NCBI GenBank assembly: GCA_947506155.1
Contig: CANNNV010000001.1
Coordinates: forward strand, 1 to 50,441
DNA length: 50,441 nt
Origin: Methylococcaceae bacterium
GTDB taxonomy: Bacteria > Pseudomonadota > Gammaproteobacteria > Methylococcales > Methylomonadaceae
Direction of reading: 5' to 3'
Shown here: piece after piece, positions 38,748 through 48,305 of the stretch
Position numbering within the stretch: the first letter of the stretch is position 1
Layout: the number at the start of each line of letters is the position of its first letter
Program-made: the position numbers and the translations under genes
Notes under the pieces: model-generated
What the model was told of the DNA's origin: nothing
Databases searched by the model: none
Seen by the model: the letters and a program-made list of their open reading frames with translations, nothing else

Positions 38748-39751
38748 TTTTTTTTCTGCTGTTGCTAACCGTTACAGCATCCTGGACCCTGACTAGTTTT
38801 TTGCGCCGGTACGCGCTGGCGAAAAATTTGATCGACATTCCTAATCAGCGCAGCTCGCATTCTGTGCCTACACCTCGGGGTGGCGGTGTCGCCATTGTGG
38901 TTTCGTTTCTGACCGTACTTGCTGTTTTAAACAGCCTTGATTGGCTCGAACCCCCTGTATTTCTGGCTTTGACGGGTTCTGGTGTCGCCGTTGCGGTAGC
39001 CGGGTTTCTGGATGACCACGGCCATATTGCGGCACGCTGGCGCTTGTTAGTGCATTTTGGCGCGGCGGCCTGGGGGCTTTATTGGCTGGGCGGTTTTCCC
39101 TCGTTGACGGTTTTTGGTTATTTTGTCGATCTGGGTTGGCTGGGTTATTTAGGCGCATCACTTTATATTGTCTGGCTGCTTAATTTGTATAATTTCATGG
39201 ATGGCATTGATGGTCTTGCCGGCATAGAGGCGATCACGGTTTGTTGCGGTGGGGCGTTGATGACCTGGCTTATTGCGCCGGAGTCAAATACCTGGGTGTT
39301 GCCACTACTGTTGGCTACCGCTGTTTTGGGTTTTTTGAGCTGGAATTTTCCGCCCGCCAAGATTTTTATGGGCGATGCCGGCAGCGGTTTTTTGGGCCTT
39401 ATGCTGGCGCTGCTTTCGGTACAGGCGGCAGCGGTTGAGCCACGATTATTTTGGATTTGGCTGATCCTGCTGGGGGTTTTCATCGTTGATGCAACCGTGA
39501 CCTTATGTCGCCGCGTAGCGCGGGGAGAGAAGTTTTATGAAGCGCATCGCAGCCACGCCTACCAGCATGCGTCCCGGCTATTTGGTCGTCATCGCCCTGT
39601 GACCCTGGCAATAGGCGCGATCAATCTGTTTTGGTTGCTGCCTATTGCAAGCTTGGTTGCCCTGGATAGCTTGGATGGGATTACCGCTCTGCTGGTCGCG
39701 TATTTGCCCTTATTTTTAGCCGCCTATCGTTATAAAGCCGGTCTTGGATGA
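38744..39751 (+). CDS. Undecaprenyl-phosphate HexNAc-1-phosphate transferase (WbpL-like, MraY/WecA superfamily)
   Basis: 'DIPNQRSSH..PTPRGGG', 'GFLDD', 'NLYNFMDGIDG', 'NFPPAKIFMGDAGS', 'AHRSHAYQ'. ATGA overlap at 38744. Confidence 0.9.
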   Translation: MIFFLLLLTVTASWTLTSFLRRYALAKNLIDIPNQRSSHSVPTPRGGGVAIVVSFLTVLAVLNSLDWLEPPVFLALTGSGVAVAVAGFLDDHGHIAARWRLLVHFGAAAWGLYWLGGFPSLTVFGYFVDLGWLGYLGASLYIVWLLNLYNFMDGIDGLAGIEAITVCCGGALMTWLIAPESNTWVLPLLLATAVLGFLSWNFPPAKIFMGDAGSGFLGLMLALLSVQAAAVEPRLFWIWLILLGVFIVDATVTLCRRVARGEKFYEAHRSHAYQHASRLFGRHRPVTLAIGAINLFWLLPIASLVALDSLDGITALLVAYLPLFLAAYRYKAGLG

Positions 39752-39768
39752 GCGATTATTAAGCAGTC

Positions 39769-39815
39769 AAAAACGACAACTATTTGACTTATGAATCCGT
39801 CGTTTGTCGTTTTTT
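39769..39815 (+). terminator. Inverted repeat after the polysaccharide locus, possible terminator
   Basis: AAAAACGACAA ... TTGTCGTTTTT(T); long loop, so assignment is tentative. Confidence 0.4.
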
Positions 39816-39935
39816 ATTGGTTTAAAGTGGGCTGAAAAGTGATATTTTTGGTCTACTTTGACCCATTTATAAAAAATAGTATGTTACAGTCCAGTCGTGA
39901 TCCTAATCCAATATACGTCACCGTGAGAATATTTC

Positions 39936-40907
39936 ATGAGTAAACCCAAAGTCTTTGTTACTCGTCGTTGGCCGGCCTTGGTCGAAGAGAAACTCAAAGC
40001 CCTCTACGAGGTCACGTTAAACACAGATGACCGACTATTAACAGCTGGTGAATTAAAGTTTGCGCTGCAAAATTACGATGCTGTATGTCCTACTGTTTGC
40101 GATGCCCTTTCTGCCGACATCATCAATGTCGACAACAAACGCTGTAAAATTCTGGGTAATTTTGGTGTCGGTTACAACCATATCGACATTAACGCGGCGA
40201 AGCGCCAGGGTTTAGTCGTGACTAATACTCCTGGCGTACTCACTCACAGCACCGCCGATATCGCGATGACCTTATTATTGATGTCGGCAAGGCGCGGTGC
40301 AGAGGGCGATCGCCTAGTTCGGGCCAAACAATGGCAGGGCTGGTGCCCGACGCACATGCTGAGCAGTGATGTTACTGGCGCAACCTTGGGTTTGATTGGC
40401 TTTGGCCGTATCGCACAAGCTATGGCAAAAAAAGCCCATCACGGCTTTGGCATGAAAATCGTTTATTTCAAACCTAGTCCGGCGGATGAATATGTGACCG
40501 ATGATCTTAAGGCTACCCGCTGCAATTCTATAGAAGAGTTACTGCAACTATCTGATTTTGTTTCATTGCACTGCCCCGGTGGCGATGCAACTCGGCATTT
40601 AATCAATGCTGGCATGCTTAAATTGATGAAACCGTCTGCGCATTTAATCAATACTGCTAGAGGCGATGTTGTCGATAGCGTAGCGCTGATAGCTGCACTT
40701 AAAAACAACAAAATTGCCGGTGCAGGTCTCGATGTCTATGAAGGCGAGCCTGATGTGCATGAAGGTTTTCTGGCGCTAAATAATGTAACGTTATTGCCGC
40801 ACTTGGGCAGCGCTACTTTGGGTACACGCACAGCTATGGGTGAAAAAGTGTTAGCTAACTTAGCTGCGTTTTTTGCAGGGGATCATCTGCTTGATCAGGT
40901 TTTTTAA
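39936..40907 (+). CDS. D-isomer-specific 2-hydroxyacid dehydrogenase (D-glycerate dehydrogenase / glyoxylate-hydroxypyruvate reductase)
   Basis: 'NFGVGYNHID', 'NTPGVLT', 'GLIGFGRIA', 'INTARG', 'GLDVYEGEP', 'LPHLGSAT'. Confidence 0.9.
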   Translation: MSKPKVFVTRRWPALVEEKLKALYEVTLNTDDRLLTAGELKFALQNYDAVCPTVCDALSADIINVDNKRCKILGNFGVGYNHIDINAAKRQGLVVTNTPGVLTHSTADIAMTLLLMSARRGAEGDRLVRAKQWQGWCPTHMLSSDVTGATLGLIGFGRIAQAMAKKAHHGFGMKIVYFKPSPADEYVTDDLKATRCNSIEELLQLSDFVSLHCPGGDATRHLINAGMLKLMKPSAHLINTARGDVVDSVALIAALKNNKIAGAGLDVYEGEPDVHEGFLALNNVTLLPHLGSATLGTRTAMGEKVLANLAAFFAGDHLLDQVF

Positions 40908-41106
40908 GGTGTTGGTTGACCGCTTGCTGATGGACGGACTGAGTTCAAAGTGTGATAACAAAACCGTAGAACAGCTAGTTTTCATTATCAATAAATCAAA
41001 AACTATGTTTTCTTACAAAAAACGCCTGAGACAAAAAACACAACATTTACAGAAAAATGTCGGACACCGTTTATCTCAACTACCATAACAACTGAAAAAA
41101 GCGTTT

Positions 41107-41330
41107 GTGAATTACCCCGACCTAAAGGACGGAGCTTCTAGCTTCAATGGGACAACGCTCGGCACGAATGCAGGAGTCTTATGTTCCCTCGACTAGCAGT
41201 ATCGGCTATTCCTTCCGGCAGGTTGACTACAGGGCGCAAGCGCCATCAACACGTGATAATTATGGCACACACAAAATCAAAAGCATCCTTATATCACAGA
41301 CCTGAAGTAATGGTATTTACGGACAATTTG
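41107..41330 (-). mobile_element. Second non-autonomous IS200/IS605 derivative (224 bp) with omegaRNA-like right end
   Basis: Minus strand: TTTAA | CAAATTGTCCGTAAATACCATTACTTCAGGTCTGTGATATAAGG (degenerate left end) ... TTGAAGCTAGAAGCTCCGTCCTTTAGGTCGGGGTAATTCAC (right end, TCAC). No ORF. Confidence 0.78.
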
Positions 41331-41363
41331 TTAAAATAGCAAACGCTGAGCATCAGAATGGTG

Positions 41364-41395
41364 CTAGGAATTCCCACGCAGCGGGTGGGAACTAG
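41364..41395. repeat. REP-like palindrome (TTCCCAC-GCAGCGG-GTGGGAA)
   Basis: 7-bp perfect stem flanked by CTAG on both sides; resembles the 'TTCCCACGCAGAGCGTGGGAAC' repeat type. Confidence 0.55.
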
Positions 41396-41439
41396 GTATA
41401 ATTTACAACTATTTTTACATTGATTTTACACGGTGAACT

Positions 41440-42621
41440 ATGAGCATCAAACTTTCTAACAGAGTCCAGGCAGTTAAACCCTCTCCTACCTTGGCGATTA
41501 CCGCCAGAGCCGCGCAAATGCGTGCGGCTGGCAAAGACATTATCGGCCTAGGTGCTGGCGAACCGGACTTTGATACACCGGATCATATTAAAGCGGCGGC
41601 GGTTAAGGCGATAGCCAGCGGTTACACTAAATACACGGCGGTTGACGGTATACCCAGCCTGAAAAAAGCCATTATCGCGAAGTTTAAAAATGATAACGGC
41701 CTTGATTATCAAGCTAACCAGATTTTGGTTTCCTGCGGCGGCAAACAAAGCTCTTATAATTTGACTCAGGCGCTGCTTAATTCCGGCGATGAAGTCATTA
41801 TTCCTGCGCCATTCTGGGTGTCTTATCCTGATATGGTGTTATTGGCTGATGGCGTGCCGGTTATTATTGAAACCACCCAGGCGCAGAACTTTAAAATATC
41901 ACCGGAACAACTGCGCGCTGCGATTACCGATAAAACGCGCTTGATTTTTATCAACAGCCCGTCTAATCCGTCCGGGGTTGCCTATAGTCTGGACGAGCTT
42001 AAGGCTTTGGGCGATGTGCTAATAGACTTTCCGGCTATTATCATCGCCACCGACGATATGTATGAGCATATCCTTTGGCAGCAAGGCACGTTTGTTAATA
42101 TTTTAAATGCGCATCCTGAATTTTATGATCGTACTGTGGTCATGAATGGCGTATCCAAAGCCTATTCCATGACCGGTTGGCGTATCGGTTATGCGGCTGG
42201 CCCTGCCGATTTGATCGAAGCCATGTGCACCGTACAATCCCAAAGCACTTCCAATCCGACGTCAATTTCACAACATGCCGCTGAAGCCGCGTTAACCGGC
42301 GATCAAGGCTTTATTAATGACATGTGCGTCGAATTTAAAAAACGTCACGATTATGTCGTTGCTGAACTGAACAGCATTGATGGCGTTGACTGTGTTGAAA
42401 CTGATGGTACTTTTTACGTATTCCCTAACGTAGAAAAGCTGATCGCGAGACTCGATAACATCAACGACGATCTGGACTTTTCTGAATATTTGATCGAACA
42501 CGCCGGTGTTGCGTTAGTGCCGGGTTCTGCGTTTGGAACTCCTGGTCATATCAGAATCTCGATAGCCACCAGCATGGAAAATCTGCAAAACGCGTTGCAG
42601 CGGATTAAACAGGCAATTTAA
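41440..42621 (+). CDS. PLP-dependent aminotransferase class I/II (aspartate aminotransferase-like)
   Basis: 'VKPSPTLAI', 'GAGEPDFDTP', 'NSPSNPSG', 'DDMYE', 'GVSKAYSMTGWRIGY', 'VPGSAFG'. Confidence 0.93.
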   Translation: MSIKLSNRVQAVKPSPTLAITARAAQMRAAGKDIIGLGAGEPDFDTPDHIKAAAVKAIASGYTKYTAVDGIPSLKKAIIAKFKNDNGLDYQANQILVSCGGKQSSYNLTQALLNSGDEVIIPAPFWVSYPDMVLLADGVPVIIETTQAQNFKISPEQLRAAITDKTRLIFINSPSNPSGVAYSLDELKALGDVLIDFPAIIIATDDMYEHILWQQGTFVNILNAHPEFYDRTVVMNGVSKAYSMTGWRIGYAAGPADLIEAMCTVQSQSTSNPTSISQHAAEAALTGDQGFINDMCVEFKKRHDYVVAELNSIDGVDCVETDGTFYVFPNVEKLIARLDNINDDLDFSEYLIEHAGVALVPGSAFGTPGHIRISIATSMENLQNALQRIKQAI

Positions 42622-42720
42622 ATTTTTGGCTAAAGCATTGACAGACTTGTTACCTTAATGATAAACCACTAACGTGCACAATAGCGTTCACCTGATTAAC
42701 AACTTTAAGAGGATACATTT

Positions 42721-43284
42721 ATGCGTATTAAAAATTGGCTGATTGCTGCCTTATGTTTGGTATCACCTTCGCTTTATGCTCATACCGGAGGTCATATTGA
42801 TCACAGTTTGATGAGTGGTTTATTGCATCCCTTAACCGGCATTGATCATTTACTGGTCTTAATGGCGGTGGGTTTGATTGCGGCTAAACAGGGTGGCAAA
42901 GCTTTGTTTGCCTTTCCAGCTGTTTTTCTGGCATTGATGGCGGTCGGCGCCTTACTTAATGTTTATGCGGTTCAAATACCGTTTGTTGAAACATTTATCG
43001 CCTTATCGTTGGTCGCGTTTGGTTTACTGGCTAGCGTTGGATCAAAGCGTATGTCCAAGCTAGCTTTGGGTGTATCCTTTTTTGCCATCTTTCATGGCTA
43101 TGCTCATGCGACGGAAATTCCGGCTGATTCTAGTGCCCTGATGTATTTCTCGGCGTTAATGCTGATGAGTCTGGCGTTATGCCTGGTCGGCAGTGTTGTG
43201 GGACTAAGTACCGGTAAACGTACTAACTATTTGTTGTCATTGCTATGCTTAAGCAGTGGTTGGTATTATTTAGTCGCCGGATAA
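42721..43284 (+). CDS. HupE/UreJ family Ni/Co transporter
   Basis: Signal peptide ending 'LYAH', 'GLLHPLTGIDHLLVLMAVG', 'FAIFHGYAH..E'. Confidence 0.9.
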   Translation: MRIKNWLIAALCLVSPSLYAHTGGHIDHSLMSGLLHPLTGIDHLLVLMAVGLIAAKQGGKALFAFPAVFLALMAVGALLNVYAVQIPFVETFIALSLVAFGLLASVGSKRMSKLALGVSFFAIFHGYAHATEIPADSSALMYFSALMLMSLALCLVGSVVGLSTGKRTNYLLSLLCLSSGWYYLVAG

Positions 43285-43306
43285 ATTAAGTTTTCTGGGG
43301 GAGATT

Positions 43307-44116
43307 ATGAGTATTCTGGATGAGTTGCGACAAAAAGCGGATCAAAAAAAAGCCGAGCAACTTCAGCAGGAATCTACTCGGCAGAATTTAGAGGCCATTT
43401 ATCAATCAGCGTTGTTGCCTAAAATGCAATATTTTTACGATTGCCTGAATGAGACGATCAAGCATCTTAATTTTCTCGAAGAAGCTATCCTGATCAATAA
43501 CTACAGCTCTCGGTATCCGCAATTTGGCCAGCTTTGTCAGAAAAATTATAAAATTAACACCGACGGTTATAGCGGCCTAGCCGACTATAATCGTCTTATG
43601 CAAATCAACGTGAGTTTTTTTTGCGAGGCTGATGGTGAGTTTACTTATACTTTGGAATCCAAACGGCTGATTGAAGCGGAAGTTGCTTTTTTGCACGCCA
43701 GACGGCTGGGGTTTTCCTGGAAAAATAAAGGTACCGCAACGGCCATGGAATGCGCAAGTTTTACTATCCGACGAAAAATTCCAGTCAGTTTTAAACTTGA
43801 AATTGACTATCTACTTTCATTGTTGAAAGTGACGATCAATAACCATGAAAATCTTGAATTTTTTTTCAAGAATTATTTGCCAGAACAACTGGATGATGAC
43901 TTGCTGGATGTTTTGGTAAGTTACCTTATGCGTCGTGACAACCGACTAATAAGACTTGATATTTCCGATGCACACAAAACAACCATACAAAACCAGCTAG
44001 CTTTTCAACAACGAGCTGATCTCGACAAAATAAACTACGAAGAAGATAGTAAAGCGTCATTCAAAATAGCCAATCCGGTCAAAGCTATTTTTTCAAAATG
44101 CAGCAAAAAAAACTAA
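43307..44116 (+). CDS. Hypothetical protein
   Basis: 269-aa ORF with GGAG SD, N-terminal coiled coil; no motif recognised. Confidence 0.75.
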   Translation: MSILDELRQKADQKKAEQLQQESTRQNLEAIYQSALLPKMQYFYDCLNETIKHLNFLEEAILINNYSSRYPQFGQLCQKNYKINTDGYSGLADYNRLMQINVSFFCEADGEFTYTLESKRLIEAEVAFLHARRLGFSWKNKGTATAMECASFTIRRKIPVSFKLEIDYLLSLLKVTINNHENLEFFFKNYLPEQLDDDLLDVLVSYLMRRDNRLIRLDISDAHKTTIQNQLAFQQRADLDKINYEEDSKASFKIANPVKAIFSKCSKKN

Positions 44117-44176
44117 CTTCGCATAAAGTCAGCATTGCTGGCGCCTCGATCATTTCCTAAAGTAGGATAAGTAACT

Positions 44177-45286
44177 TTGTGTAACACCACTAATGCAGCA
44201 GTCCCGGCAAGAATTGATTATATTGATGTCTGGCGATTTTTCGCCGTTATCATGGTCATACAGTCACATGTTCTTGTTTATAGTGGTTTAAAGATAGCAT
44301 TTTTAGCGCCTTATTTAGATCAGCTGGATCGACTCGGTGAGTTGGGGGTTCTGATCTTTTTTGTAATCAGTGGTTTTGTGATTTGTTCGGGTCTTGTTGT
44401 GGAAAAAAGTCGGACCGGCACGATTTGTTTACCGGCATTTTATGTGCGACGGTTTTACCGGATCATTCCTCCTCTTTGGTTATACTTAGGCTGTCTGTTG
44501 CTGCTATCGGTAACTGGCATGATTGAAATTTCATCTAAGCAAGCGCTCACCTCGGCCTCATTTTTATGCAATATGCCCTTTCCTGATGGCTGCTCCTGGT
44601 TTGCTGGACACACCTGGACCTTGGCTTACGAGGAGCAGTTCTACCTAGTTTTTCCTTTGTTAGTGCTGTTTATTCCGCTCATTAACAATAGTTTACGCTT
44701 TTATTTTGTGATAATCGGTCTGGTTGCCGGTTCGGTGTTATTGCACAGCGTGGGCTATCTGTTTATGGGTGAATATTTAATGTACTTTGTATTTTTGCTC
44801 ACAGGTTGCTGCTGCGCTTTGTTGCCAGAAAATACTATCAGCCGCATTCGTAGGTTGCCTGTTGCCGCGTGGTTAAGCGTTATCGCGCTGCTGCTTATGG
44901 GCATAGGCTATGTGTCAGACCCAATAGAACCCCTGCTCAAGGTGGTTTTTTATCCGGTATTGATTTTGCTGCTGGTGCTGGGTACGCCCACACGGCTTAA
45001 ACTGATTGCCGTTGTTTTTAAAAATAGGCAGTTATGTTATTTAGGGAAAATATCTTATACGGTGTATTTGTGGCAGGAATTAGTGACAGGTAATTATGTC
45101 GGTTGGTTAAGCTTTGTTTACCTTGCGCTTGTTTTTGTTGGCGCAATGCTTTCGTATCGCTATATTGAGTTGCCGTTGCAAAGCATGGCTACGTTGATCT
45201 CCAATAACTTGAAGGCAGATGCAGTGGCTTCAGTTGAGAGTGCTGTTAAGCCTGGATTACCTGCTGTTTGGCAAACCAGGCAATAA
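44177..45286 (+). CDS. Acyltransferase-3 (OafA-like) membrane O-acyltransferase
   Basis: 'IDVWRFFAVIMV..H', 'GVLIFFVISGFVI', 'FYVRRFYRIIP', 'HTWTLAYEEQFY', 'LGKISYTVYLWQ'. Confidence 0.9.
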   Translation: MCNTTNAAVPARIDYIDVWRFFAVIMVIQSHVLVYSGLKIAFLAPYLDQLDRLGELGVLIFFVISGFVICSGLVVEKSRTGTICLPAFYVRRFYRIIPPLWLYLGCLLLLSVTGMIEISSKQALTSASFLCNMPFPDGCSWFAGHTWTLAYEEQFYLVFPLLVLFIPLINNSLRFYFVIIGLVAGSVLLHSVGYLFMGEYLMYFVFLLTGCCCALLPENTISRIRRLPVAAWLSVIALLLMGIGYVSDPIEPLLKVVFYPVLILLLVLGTPTRLKLIAVVFKNRQLCYLGKISYTVYLWQELVTGNYVGWLSFVYLALVFVGAMLSYRYIELPLQSMATLISNNLKADAVASVESAVKPGLPAVWQTRQ

Positions 45287-45288
45287 AG

Positions 45289-45615
45289 CTATTTAGCCGA
45301 AAAACTATGCACCCATACCAAGCTGTCGGCTTCCCAGGTCATGCCAGCATGCATTTTCAAAATAATGTCCCGGTACATATCCAGACTTGGATAGCCCTCA
45401 GCTTTTGCGTCGGCATCAGTCATATCACCTAAACGTTGACGTTGTAAATCAGTAACAATGAACGTCATTCCGTCTAAGTCAAAGGTTTCGCCAGGCCAGC
45501 CATAGACGCCATCACGACGCTGCTGTGTTTTCATGCCCGCTTTGGTCGCTTCTACTAGCTTCGCGTGAGTGACCAGACGGTCTATGGAACAGGTTTTATC
45601 GGGGTAAGTTTCCAT
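45289..45615 (-). CDS. ASCH domain protein
   Basis: 'G.KTQQRR' (GxKxxxxR), 'LGDMTDADAKAEGY', 'VWVHSF'. Confidence 0.8.
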   Translation of the reverse strand: METYPDKTCSIDRLVTHAKLVEATKAGMKTQQRRDGVYGWPGETFDLDGMTFIVTDLQRQRLGDMTDADAKAEGYPSLDMYRDIILKMHAGMTWEADSLVWVHSFSAK

Positions 45616-45735
45616 TTTTGATCCTAATTAACGCAAAAATTTTATTATACACTAAGCACTTCGCTACTGAGGCAGGTCCGATTTTTTAGTTGATGTGTTA
45701 TTTTATGGCTTTTTTATTACCTAATAGCGCATACG

Positions 45736-46392
45736 ATGATTGATTGGACAAAGGTTGACACTGTTTTGCTGGATATGGACGGTACTTTGCTGGATTTGAA
45801 TTTTGACAACCATTTCTGGAAGGAGTTTGTGCCACTTAAGTTTGCCAAAAAAAACGGCTTGACGATAGACGCTGCCAAGCAGCAACTGGAACCGCGTTTT
45901 AAGAGCATGGAAGGTAAGCTGGAATGGTATTGTCTGGATTACTGGAGTGAGGCTTTAGAACTCGATATTGCTGGATTGAAAGCGGAAATAGCCGGGTTGA
46001 TCTCGGTATTGCCACATGTCATGGAATTTTTGGAAAAAGTTCATCAGTCGCCAAAGAAAGTGTATTTAGTTACTAATGCGCATCGTGACAGTCTGGACTT
46101 GAAAATGGAAAAAACCTGTTTGCAGGGATTTTTTGACGGCATTATCAGTTCCCATGATTTCGGCTATCCCAAGGAACATGCCGAGTTTTGGCGCTTGTTG
46201 CAACAGCAACAGGGCTTTGAGAAACAAACTGCTTTAATGATTGACGATAGCCTAGCCGTGCTGGATTCGGCTAGGCAGTTTGGCATAGCCTATTTGCTTT
46301 CAGTCAGTAGACCAGATACTCAACAAGCTAAAAAAGACATTACCCGCTATCTTGCCATTGAAGATTTTAGAGAGTTGATGGCGGGACTGTAG
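45736..46392 (+). CDS. yrfG: GMP/IMP nucleotidase (HAD family)
   Basis: 'IDW..VDTVLLDMDGTLLDL.FDNHFW', 'WYCLDYWS', 'LVTNAH', 'IDDS'. Confidence 0.88.
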   Translation: MIDWTKVDTVLLDMDGTLLDLNFDNHFWKEFVPLKFAKKNGLTIDAAKQQLEPRFKSMEGKLEWYCLDYWSEALELDIAGLKAEIAGLISVLPHVMEFLEKVHQSPKKVYLVTNAHRDSLDLKMEKTCLQGFFDGIISSHDFGYPKEHAEFWRLLQQQQGFEKQTALMIDDSLAVLDSARQFGIAYLLSVSRPDTQQAKKDITRYLAIEDFRELMAGL

Positions 46393-47674
46393 CTTTGATG
46401 GTCGTATTTTCTTGATGAGGACGTTTTCCTTTATATCCGGTTTTGATCTTCTCCGGTCTTTTTTCTGGAATTACAATGTCCGCCAAAAGGTCTTCGGTGA
46501 TCGCGAGTACCGGAATTTTCTGATCAATGTAGTCTTCGATATCCGGCATTGAATAGGCGTATTGTTCACAGATAAAACTGATGGCTACGCCGCTGGCGCC
46601 AAAGCGCGCAGTTCGGCCAATTCTGTGTACATAATCTTCTGCATCTTGCGGCAAATCGTAATTAAACACATGGGAAACATCGGCAATGTGCAGGCCTCTG
46701 GCTGCAACATCGGTGGCAATTAGCAAGGTGATCTTGTTTTCCTGGAAATCAGCAAGCAGGCGCTGGCGTTTATCCTGCGGTACGTCACCGCTGAGTGCCG
46801 CAGTTTTATAGCCATTGGCATTCAGGATGTCATCCAGTCGTTCAGCGCACTTTTTGGTGTTAACAAAAATAATACTGCGCTGCGGTTTGTGCTGATTCAA
46901 TATGCCGATTAATAAAGGAATTTTCTGCTCATTCGACGGACAAAAGGCGCTTTGCTGTATGTCTTTAGAGGTAACTTCTTCGGTTTCGATGCGAATCAGT
47001 ACCGGATTATTCATGTGCTCGTAAGCCAGTTCGGTGACTTTGTAAGATAACGTTGCCGAGAACAGCATGTTTAAACGCTGATCTGGTGGCGGCATGCGCC
47101 GTAGTAGAAAGCGGATATCTTTAATGAAACCCAAATCAAACATGCGGTCGGCCTCATCCATCACGGTGACTTTTACATTATCTAGGGTGAAGGTATTTTG
47201 CCGGTAAAAGTCGATGATGCGCCCTGGCGTACCGATGATAATATCGACATTGGCTTTTAGGCTCTCTTGTTGCTTTTGGTAGTCGGTGCCGCCGTAAATC
47301 AGTGCCAGTTTGAGATCAAGATACTTGCCCAGTTGCACAGCATCTTTGTGGATTTGAATCGCCAATTCACGGGTAGGCGCAAGAATAATGGCTCGGGGAT
47401 TTATGTTGTGTTTAGGTCTGGTGGTCGGTTCTTTGGTTTCAGCGTTTTCAGTATCATTCAATAAATACTGAAAAGTGGCAAGCAAAAAGGCCGCCGTTTT
47501 ACCGGTTCCGGTTTGGGCTTGTCCCGCAACATCCATACCTCGTAATGATAGCGGTAAGGCTTTTTGCTGGATTGGGGTGCAATAATCAAAGCTGGCGTCT
47601 TTTAAGCCGCGCAGGATGGAATCGGACAATTCAAGATTGCAAAAGCGAATTTTTGTTAAATGGGTATTATTCAT
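46367..47674 (-). CDS. rhlB: ATP-dependent RNA helicase RhlB
   Basis: 'CTPIQ', 'GQAQTGTGKT', 'PTRELAIQI', DEAD box 'DEADRMFDLGF', 'HRIGRT'; divergent from trxA-rho. Confidence 0.93.
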   Translation of the reverse strand: MNNTHLTKIRFCNLELSDSILRGLKDASFDYCTPIQQKALPLSLRGMDVAGQAQTGTGKTAAFLLATFQYLLNDTENAETKEPTTRPKHNINPRAIILAPTRELAIQIHKDAVQLGKYLDLKLALIYGGTDYQKQQESLKANVDIIIGTPGRIIDFYRQNTFTLDNVKVTVMDEADRMFDLGFIKDIRFLLRRMPPPDQRLNMLFSATLSYKVTELAYEHMNNPVLIRIETEEVTSKDIQQSAFCPSNEQKIPLLIGILNQHKPQRSIIFVNTKKCAERLDDILNANGYKTAALSGDVPQDKRQRLLADFQENKITLLIATDVAARGLHIADVSHVFNYDLPQDAEDYVHRIGRTARFGASGVAISFICEQYAYSMPDIEDYIDQKIPVLAITEDLLADIVIPEKRPEKIKTGYKGKRPHQENTTIKATVPPSTL

Positions 47675-47773
47675 AGGCTATAGCATAACGTAAAAATCAA
47701 ATCGATTGAAATTGATTGACTACCAGCGTCATCCCTCCTATAGTTTTGCCTTTAACAATTTGGAGAAATTAAA

Positions 47774-48100
47774 GTGAGCAAATCAGTCCTTCATGTAAGT
47801 GATAGTGAATTTAACGAAACGGTTATTAAAGCTGCAGGTCCGGTGCTGGTTGACTATTGGGCTGAATGGTGCGGACCTTGTAAAATGATTGCACCAATTT
47901 TAGACGACATTGCCATAGAATATGCGGATAAACTAACTGTTGTAAAATTGAACATAGACGAAAATACAGAAACGCCTCAACACTATGGTGTACGTGGTAT
48001 TCCAACATTGATGCTGTTTAAGGACGGCGAAGTGGAAGCTACTAAAGTAGGCGCATTGTCAAAATCTCAACTCGCTGCCTTCCTTGATAGTAATCTTTAA
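47774..48100 (+). CDS. trxA: Thioredoxin
   Basis: '[13 protein letters not shown]', 'GVRGIPTL'; between rhlB and rho. Confidence 0.97.
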   Translation: MSKSVLHVSDSEFNETVIKAAGPVLVDYWAEWCGPCKMIAPILDDIAIEYADKLTVVKLNIDENTETPQHYGVRGIPTLMLFKDGEVEATKVGALSKSQLAAFLDSNL

Positions 48101-48305
48101 AAACATCCCCTACCACTAGCTCTTGCTCAGGCCTGTTACAAAAAATTGGACGGGGCTGAGTACTTGAGTTACACTTATGCGGTGCGAAATCTAAGCGCAC
48201 CCATCATATCGTCCATATCGTCCGATAAACTACACCCCTGAATTATATCCTGTCCTAGTAGTTGCGGTTTAACACCGTATTACTTTTCTTTGAGTTATCT
48301 TTTAT

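Noticed and set aside
40873-41088. 71-aa ORF overlapping the dehydrogenase stop
   Set aside because: TTG start inside the upstream gene, no SD, no recognisable motif; probably spurious.
41107-41145. IscB/HEARO-type omegaRNA on the plus strand
   Set aside because: Adjacent sequence fits a TnpB right end on the minus strand (TTGAAGCTAGAAGC...TTCAC), and no iscB ORF follows.
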